Below, one piece after another: positions 14,508 to 64,000 of a stretch of DNA of 64,000 bases (positions within the stretch are counted from its first letter, which is position 1; every line of letters begins with the position of its first letter). The stretch spans positions 35,216,001-35,280,000 of the forward strand of contig OX597836.1 in the NCBI GenBank assembly GCA_951406725.2, in the 5' to 3' direction. Below the pieces are notes generated by a model. The model saw only the letters and a program-made list of their open reading frames with translations, was not told the DNA's origin and did no database searches. The stretch is from Octopus vulgaris. Its lineage: Eukaryota. A program made the position numbers and the translations under genes.

Positions 14508-14902
14508 ATGTATGACTCCTAAATCGCCCTCTGCCTGAGGGTCAAATTCAAATTTGTCAAACTTGTAAAGGCTTCTATTGCTACGTGGACAGGTGGAATG
14601 GAGATGTGGTTCACTGATCACTTTCCTTTTTCAGACCCCCCACCAAAAAAAAAAAAAAAAGATTGTAAAACAAAAAACAAAACAAAAAAAGAAACATTGT
14701 AAAACACGCTCAAACACCACCAAAGGTATTTTTGGAAGTTTGAAACTATGAAAACAGACGATGGAGGCCCATGCTGACCCTCGACCTGAAAGTGCTTTTA
14801 GTCCTCTAGCGCTTACCTTCAATCATGTGTAATTACAAATAGATGTTTGATAGAGTCTCTTTCTCTCTTTCTGTCTGTCTCTGTCTCTTTCACTCTCACT
14901 CA

Positions 14903-15378
<476 letters not shown>

Positions 15379-15381
15379 AAA

Positions 15382-15546
15382 GGCGTAGGAGTGGCTGTGT
15401 GGTAAGTAACTTGCTTACCAACCACATGGTTCCGAGTTCAGTCCTACTGCGTGGCACCTTCGGAAAGTGTCTTCTACTATAGCCTCGGGCCGACCAAAGC
15501 CTTGTGAGTGGATTTGGTAGACGGAAACTGAAAGAAGCCCATCGTG

Positions 15547-15589
<43 letters not shown>

Positions 15590-15812
15590 GTATATATATG
15601 TATGTGTGTGTGTGTGTGTCTGTGTTTGTCTCCCCAACATCGCTTGACAACCGATGCTGGTGTGTTTATGTACCCGAAACTTAGCGGTTCGGCAAAAGAG
15701 ACCGATAGAATAAGTACTAGGCTTACAAAGAATAAGTCCTGGGGTCGATTTGCTCGACTAAAGGCGGTGCTCCAGCATGGCCACAGTCAAAATGACTGAA
15801 ACAAATAAAAGA
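15382..15812 (+). mobile_element. SINE family A
   Basis: Full head, body and CAGTC-hairpin tail. Confidence 0.85.
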
Positions 15813-15844
15813 GATATATATTTATATATGTATATATATATATT

Positions 15845-15929
<85 letters not shown>

Positions 15930-16009
15930 ATATAAATATGTATATATACTTATTTATATATAAATACATATATACATATTTATATATAAATATATATATA
16001 TATATATAA

Positions 16010-16051
<42 letters not shown>

Positions 16052-16296
16052 ATATATCAATATATATACATATGAGAGGGCTGACCACTATGTGGATAAC
16101 CCTTATGGTAGGAGTAGATCCGCTAGTAGATCCATAGCGGATCTACTTCTAGCATAAGCGTTGTCCACATAGTGGTCATCCCTCTCATATGTATAAAATA
16201 CAATTTACTGAACTCTCAGATTTTAATATGCCTGACCACTGGCATATTGATGTTAATTAAATTAAATTAATATCCAATTTCTCACCCTCATTTTAA

Positions 16297-16330
<34 letters not shown>

Positions 16331-16495
16331 TGCATAGTTACACACACGCATGTATGTATGAATGTATGTATGTGTGTGTATGTGTGTGTGCGTGTGTGAT
16401 ACGGGTTTCCTTCAGATTCCGTACAAATTCACAAAAAAGGCTTCGCCTAAGTTAGCAGGCAAAGGGACTGACCCCTGTAAAATGCGGGTCTAGAC

Positions 16496-16696
16496 CAGTG
16501 GTTTTCAACCAGGGTTCCGCCAGTACAGTTCAGGGGTTCCGCAAAAAGTTACAAAACTGGTAAAATCGGCAGTAATTTTTAATTCTCCTGTGCAGAAATT
16601 GGTGCATAAGACTATTAAATTATTGCACATGGTTTCCTCGAGCCAGTGGAATGTTTCCTTGGGGTTCCGCTCCTGCCAAAAGGTTGAAAAGCACTG
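16496..16696. mobile_element. hAT (Charlie-like) MITE
   Basis: TIRs CAGTGGTTTTCAACC / GGTTGAAAAGCACTG; 8-bp TSD GTCTAGAC on both sides. Confidence 0.9.
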
Positions 16697-16765
16697 GTCT
16701 AGACACACACACACAGACACATACACACACACACACACACAGACACATACAGATACACACACACA

Positions 16766-16987
16766 TATTTCTTTATTGCCCACAAGGGGCTAAACATAGA
16801 GGGGACAAACAAAGGGATTAAGTCGATTATATAAACCCCAGTGCGAAACTGGTACTTTATTTATCGACCCCGAAAGGATGAAATGCAAAGTCGACCTCCG
16901 CGGAATTTGAACTCACAACGTAACGGCAGCCGAAATACCGCTAAGCATTCCGCCCGACGTGCTAACGATTCTGCCAGCTCGCCGCCT
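16766..16987 (-). mobile_element. tRNA-derived SINE family B
   Basis: GGCGGCGAGCTGGCAGAA...GAGTTCAAATTCC B box...GGGTAGTAAAGAAAT-type tail; roughly 30 copies or monomers in the window. Confidence 0.85.
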
Positions 16988-17036
16988 TCACACACAGACA
17001 CACATAGAGACACACTCACAGACACACACACACACA

Positions 17037-17123
<87 letters not shown>

Positions 17124-17584
17124 ACACACATGCAGAAAGAGAGAATGAGAAAGAGAAACAAAGAGAGAAAGTGAGAGCATGTCCCAGATCTGTTTGTAAG
17201 TATATATGCTTGAAGGTCAGCGCTAGAAACCTGAAGCACCTTTCGGCCGCTGGTCGACTTGACCCTCCACCCTCTGTTCATAGTTTGAAGCATCAAAGCA
17301 TACCCTTGGGTGTTGCTCACTATGTTTTACAATATACGCAGGCGAGGTGGGCGGGTGGGATTTAGAAGGGAGGTCAGCAGCCAGCCACATCCTCATTTTA
17401 CCCCGCTCCCTATACACAACCGTAGAAGCCTTTAGAAATTTTAAAAGTCTATTCTCTCTCTCAGTCTCTCTTTCTCTCTGTCTGTCTCTCTTTTTTCACT
17501 CTCCCCCTCTTTTTCTCACACACTCATCGTACTTAGTCACATATCTCTTGTCTTGAATGTTATACCTTTTTTTATTATTTTTTT

Positions 17585-18800
17585 AGGAGTGGCTGTGTGG
17601 TAAGTAGTTTGCTCACTAACCACATGGTTCCGGGTTCAGTCCCACTGCGTGGCACCTTCTGCTATAGCTTCGGGCCGACCAAAGTCTTGTGAGTGGATTT
17701 GGTAGACGGAAACAGAAAGAAGCCTGACGTATATATATGTATGTGCGTGTATGTGTGTGTGTCTGTGTTTGTCCCCCTAGCATTGCTTGACAACCGATGC
17801 TGGTGTGTTTGCGTCTCCGTCACTTAGCGGTTCGACAAAAGAGACCGATAGAATAAGTACTGGGCTTACAAAGAATAAGTCCCGGGGTCGATTTGCTCGA
17901 CTAAAGGCGGTGCTCCAGCATGGCTGCAGTCAAATGACTGAAACAAGTAAAGGAGTAAAAGAGTAAAAGAATATTAAGGCGGCGAGCTGGCAGAAACGTT
18001 AGCACGCCGGGCGAAATGCATAGCCGTATTTCGTCTGCCGTTTACGTTCTGAGTTCAAATTCCGCCGTGGTCGACTTTGCCTTTCATCCTTTCAGGATCG
18101 ATAAATTAAGTACTAGTTACGCACTGGGGTCGATGTAATCGACTTAATCCCTTTGTCTGTCCTTGTTTGTCCCCTCTGTGTTTAGCCCGTTGTGGGTAGT
18201 AAAGAAATAGATATTTCGTCTGTCTTTACGTTGTGAGTTCAAATTCCGCGGAGGTCGACTTTGCCTTTCATCCTTTCGGTGTCAATAAATTAAGTAGCAG
18301 TTGCGTACTAGGGTCGATCTAATCGACTACTTCCAACTCTCAAAATTTCGGGCCTTGTACCTCGAGTAGAAAAGATTATTAACAATATTACTTAGATGGC
18401 GACCTGGGAGAATCGTTAGCGCGCCGGGCAAAATGCTTAGTGGCATTTCGTCCATCTTTATGTTCTAAGTTCAAATTCTACCGAGTTCGACTTTGCCTTT
18501 CATCCATTCGGGGCCCAGCTGCGTACTGGGGTCGATGTAATTGACTTGCCCCCTCACAAGAATTTCCTGTCATTGTGCCAAAATTTGAAACAATTAAGGT
18601 AATAAGCTGACAGAATGGTTAGCACGCCGGATTAAATGCTTAGTGCATTTCGTCCGTCTTTATTTTTCTGAATTCAAATCCCACAGGGGTCGACTTTGTC
18701 TTTAGCCCTTTCGGTGTCGATAAAATAAGTACCAGTTGAGCATTGGGATCGATGTAATTGACTTACTCCCAGCCCTAAACTTGGGGCCTGGTACTAAAAT
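17585..18800 (+). mobile_element. SINE cluster: family A (17585-17970), family B dimer (17978-18375), two older B-like copies
   Basis: Consensus matches to families A and B. Confidence 0.8.
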
Positions 18801-18831
18801 TTAAAACCAATATTTTACCGTTTCTTTTTCA

Positions 18832-19221
18832 CTAGCAGTATCGCCCGGCGTTGCTCGGGTTTGTTTCGACCCTTTAGAATTGGAATTTTTGAAAAGTAAA
18901 AATTTTGCATCATGTAGCTTGTTATTCTCTTTAAGTGAACATTTTTCTGGTTGAAATACACCTAAAAATGGCGACACAGCAGTCGAAAAGTCGTAAAAAA
19001 TAGGGATTTTCATAGAAAAAAAGCACCTTTTTGATGTAAATAATTTCTGGTGTTAACATGGGTCTGATATGAATTTTTTCTACGGAAGGAAGAGCAAGCC
19101 TTCTTCTATCATACTCTCAGTTTTGGTCAACTTGCGCTGCAGGGTCTCGGAGGAGATAGTGTTAGTTGAAGGCTACCAAACCTGCCATACACAGACAACT
19201 TCAGCTTTATGTATAGAGAGA
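18832..19221 (-). mobile_element. Non-autonomous Helitron
   Basis: Minus strand starts A|TC and ends with hairpin CCCGAGCAACGCCGGG followed by CTAG|T; no TSD. Confidence 0.75.
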
Positions 19222-19843
19222 TTAACAATTCTACCACATTTTCTCTTCCGGTGTAAATGAGAGTAAATGAAATAATCAAAAATGATTACTGGATTGTCCC
19301 AAAAAATAAATACAAATAACGAAATGATAATTCAAGAAAATATTACAAGACAATCTAAATGATCGAATAATCGAAGAATTCTTCAATTTTTAAGGAATTA
19401 TTTATTAAAAACAAAAGAAAAGAAACTGCTACATTGTTTTAAAATTCAAGGTGATAGTCATTATTGAGTTGTCTAGAGAAGCAATGAATCATTAACACGT
19501 ATTACATCCGTCTTCACGATCAGAGTTCGAATGTTACCGGGATCCACATTGCCTTTCATCCTTTCGAGGTCGATAAAATAAATACCATTTGAGTACGGAG
19601 GTCGATGTAATCGACTTAGCCTTTCATTCGAAATTGCTGGCCTTGTGTGGTGGCAACATTTTGAAATCATTATCAAAGACAAGAATGCATTTCAATGAAA
19701 CGGAAGTGTGTTTTTATTGGTGTGAAACTATTTCTGTGATCTTTGATTAGATTTTACAAAATTTTATTTAATCAAGATTAGTTTATGAAAAAAAAAAAAA
19801 GGTTTGATACAAGTAATTTACACAGCAAAGTGTAATTAAAATT

Positions 19844-19844
19844 G

Positions 19845-19875
<31 letters not shown>

Positions 19876-20081
19876 TCTCCTCTTCCTCCTCATCATCATC
19901 GTCATCATCATCATTGTCGTCGTCATCATCGTCATCATCATCATCATCATCATTGTCGTCGTCGTCATCATCATTATCATCACCATCATCATCATCATCA
20001 TCGTCATCATCGTCATCATCGTCATCATCGTCATCATTGTCATCATCATCATCATCATCATCATCATCAGCATCGTCGTCG

Positions 20082-20141
<60 letters not shown>

Positions 20142-20535
20142 CCATCATCATCGATGTCGAAGTCATCATGTCACCATATCGTCATCTTCCATCGCCGACG
20201 CCGTCATCATTACTCTTGTGGTTATTATGTCGTCATCCACCGTCACCTCCACCACCACCACCACCACCACCAGTCGTCGTTGTTGTCGTCGTCATTGTCC
20301 TCGTCATTATTATCATAGTCCTCCCCCTTTTCTTCTTCTTTCTCCTCTTCCCCCTTGTCATCATCATCATCATCATCATGATCATCATGATTATCATCGT
20401 CCTCGCCATCGCCGTAGTCGTTACTGTCGTCGCTTAGCCGTTGTCGTTGTCAGCGTTATCATTGTCAGCGTTGTCATTGTCAGCGTTGTCATTGTCAGCG
20501 TTGTCATTGTCAGCGTTGTCATTGTCAGCGTTGTA
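19844..20535. repeat. Compound (CAT/CGT/CAC)n microsatellite plus 15-bp repeat GTTGTCATTGTCAGC in the predicted 3' UTR of the PSA-like gene
   Basis: Seen directly. Confidence 0.9.
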
Positions 20536-20548
20536 ATCAGGTGTGATT

Positions 20549-61796
<41,248 letters not shown>

Positions 61797-62024
61797 CTGT
61801 AATATAAAATAAACTATAAGAAATAGGGGCGGAAATCTGGTTTAAGCCCCCCATATATCTCTACCCCACCAACTTCTTTGTTTTTTCGAATTTTCAGAAA
61901 ATTTTAGCAAATTTTTTTTTCTACACGTGAATTCATACGATTATGAAAAAAAGACAAAAAAAATTTGATGTGATTTAAGGGCTGTTTAGCCGTTATTTTT
62001 TAGAACATCCGCGACCACCTAATA

Positions 62025-62440
62025 CCTATTTCTATACTACCCACAAGGGGCTAAGCACAGAAGGGACAAACAAGGACAGACAAACAGATTAAGTCGATTA
62101 TATCGACCCTAGTGCGTAACTGGTACTTATTTAATCGACCCCGAAAGGATGAAAGGCAAAGTCGACCTCGGTGGAATTTGAACTCACAGCGTAACGACAA
62201 ACGAAATACCTATTTCTTTACTGCCCACAAGGAGCTAAGCACAGAGGGGACAAACAAGGACAGACAAACGGATTAAGTCGATTATATCGACTCCAGTGCA
62301 TAACTAGTACGTATTTAATCGACCCCGAAAGGATGAAAGGCAAAGTCGACCTCGGTGGAATTTGAACTCAGAACGTAACGGCAGACGAAATACGGCTACG
62401 CATGTCGCCCGGCGTGCTAACGTTTCTGCCAGCTGGCCGT
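62025..62440 (-). mobile_element. SINE family B dimer
   Basis: Consensus match. Confidence 0.85.
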
Positions 62441-63439
62441 CTTACACCGTCATCGTTTATTTGTCATCGTTTGTTTGTCACTCTGATGTTTTCCAATATT
62501 TTTCTTTCTATAAACACACTTTGGTGCGATTTAAGGGCTGTGTAGCTGTTATTTTTAGCACATCCCACGACCACCTAATACCTTCATTTTTTGCTTGTCA
62601 CTGATATTTTCCAATATTTTTCTCCCTATAAACACATTTAATGGTCCATTTCTCGGATTTAAGCCAAAAATTCTGAATGTCTGTATTTTAAACTCTGATT
62701 TGTATAAATCTTGTGTATATCTTTAATGCTTCACTCGTTTCAGTTGTTTGACCGCGGCCATACTGGAGCATAGCCGTGAAGAGCTTGTAGTCGAACGAAT
62801 CGACCCCACTGCATACTTTTTATCACCGGTACTTATTCTATCGGTCGGCGAGTTGGTAAAAACATTAGCACGCCGGGCGAAATGCTTAGCAGTATTTTGT
62901 CTGCCGCTACGTTTTGAGTTCAAATTCCGCCGAGGTCGACATTGCCTTTCATCCTTTCGGGGTCGATTAAATAAGTACCAGTTACGCACTGGAGTCGATA
63001 TAATTGTCTGTCCTTGTTTGTCCTCTCTGTGTTTAGCCCCTTTTGGGTAGTAAAGAAATAGGTACTTACTAAATCGGTCATTATTGCTGAACTGCTATAT
63101 TACGGGGATGTAAACACACTAACACAGGTTGTCAAGCTGTGGTGAGCATATACAGACACGCACAAATACACACATGTATGCATAGTGTACCCACATGCAA
63201 CAAACGAGAACAACATGCCAAAGAGAACCCGGTATATATAGTAAGGTATCTTTTTTTACACCAATGACCTCAAGTGACACAGCTTGCACTGATTTATGCA
63301 ACACAACTAGGTGCACAATATCCTACCCTTAAGGGACAGCTGCAGGATGGGTCGCAACGCTCGTCGTGCTGAATAAAGGTTCGTATTAAATCCATCTTCC
63401 ATTTCGTTCATCAATCATATACTCTCTCTATATAAGAGC

Positions 63440-63666
63440 TGCGAGCTGGCAGAAACGTTAGCACGCCGGGCGAAATGCGTAGCCCTATTTCGTCTGCCGT
63501 TACGTTCTGAGTTCAAATTCCTCCGAGGTCGACTTTGCCTTTCATCCTTTCGGGGTCGATAAACTAAGTACCAGTTACGCACTGGGGTCGATGTAATCGA
63601 CTTAATCCATTTGTCTGTCCTTGTTCGTCCCCTCTGTGTTTAGCCCCTTGTGGGTAGTAAAGAAAT
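63440..63666 (+). mobile_element. SINE family B
   Basis: Consensus match. Confidence 0.85.
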
Positions 63667-63859
63667 ATATATACTCTCTCTCTCTTTCTCTCACACTCAC
63701 ACACACATGGCTTCTTTCAGTTTCAGTCTATCATTCATTCACAAGTCTTTGGTCGGCTGGAGGCTATAGTTCAAGACATTTTCGCAAGCTGCCGTACAGA
63801 GGGCCTGAACCCTGGACCATGCGGCTGGGAAGCAAAGTTCATATCACCAGCCACACCTG

Positions 63860-63890
<31 letters not shown>

Positions 63891-63980
63891 ACACGCACAC
63901 ACACACTGTTCACTATTTTTGCCTGCCTCTTTCTGCTTACACGGTTTGAATTGATAGATGGTTTAAAATACAAGATATAC

Positions 63981-64000
63981 GTCCAAGATGGCATTCGGTG
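63981..64000 (-). CDS. Possible 3' end of the next upstream PSA-like exon (..PNAILD)
   Basis: Phase-0 end GAC|GTATAT would join PRVSDD; only 20 nt visible and the donor is weak. Confidence 0.3.

Overview
Eukaryotic, AT-rich, microsatellite-saturated DNA, not prokaryotic. The SINE families and the (TA)n/(CATA)n density point to a coleoid cephalopod, most likely Octopus (inference). Most entries in the ORF track are microsatellite or SINE artefacts. By reading splice sites by hand I reconstructed two spliced minus-strand genes. (1) A gene with 17 exons in the window (61796->20549, 2016 nt, 671 aa + stop; its 5' end lies beyond the window) encoding a puromycin-sensitive aminopeptidase (NPEPPS/PSA, M1 family)-like protein. 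The frame is open and all introns are GT-AG, but every catalytic motif is replaced (GAMEN->EYSSQ, HEXXH->SVMCQ, distal zinc Glu->Asp, catalytic Tyr->Gln), so it looks like a maintained pseudo-peptidase. (2) A compact 4-exon C2H2 zinc-finger gene (5524->4476). The rest is mobile DNA: two CR1/L2-type LINE copies; RTE, R4/Dong, CRE and Penelope fragments; hAT, Tc1/mariner, Merlin-like and Helitron non-autonomous elements; and three tRNA-derived SINE families. Other notable structure: several minimal type I hammerhead-ribozyme motifs in the introns (one inside a ~360-bp retrozyme-like insert), a SINE-mediated 4-unit ~5.9-kb tandem array, a 1.37-kb palindrome that truncates a LINE, fold-back hairpins, and two diverged local non-coding repeat families of unknown role. 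All homology calls come from recalled family motifs; no database search was run.
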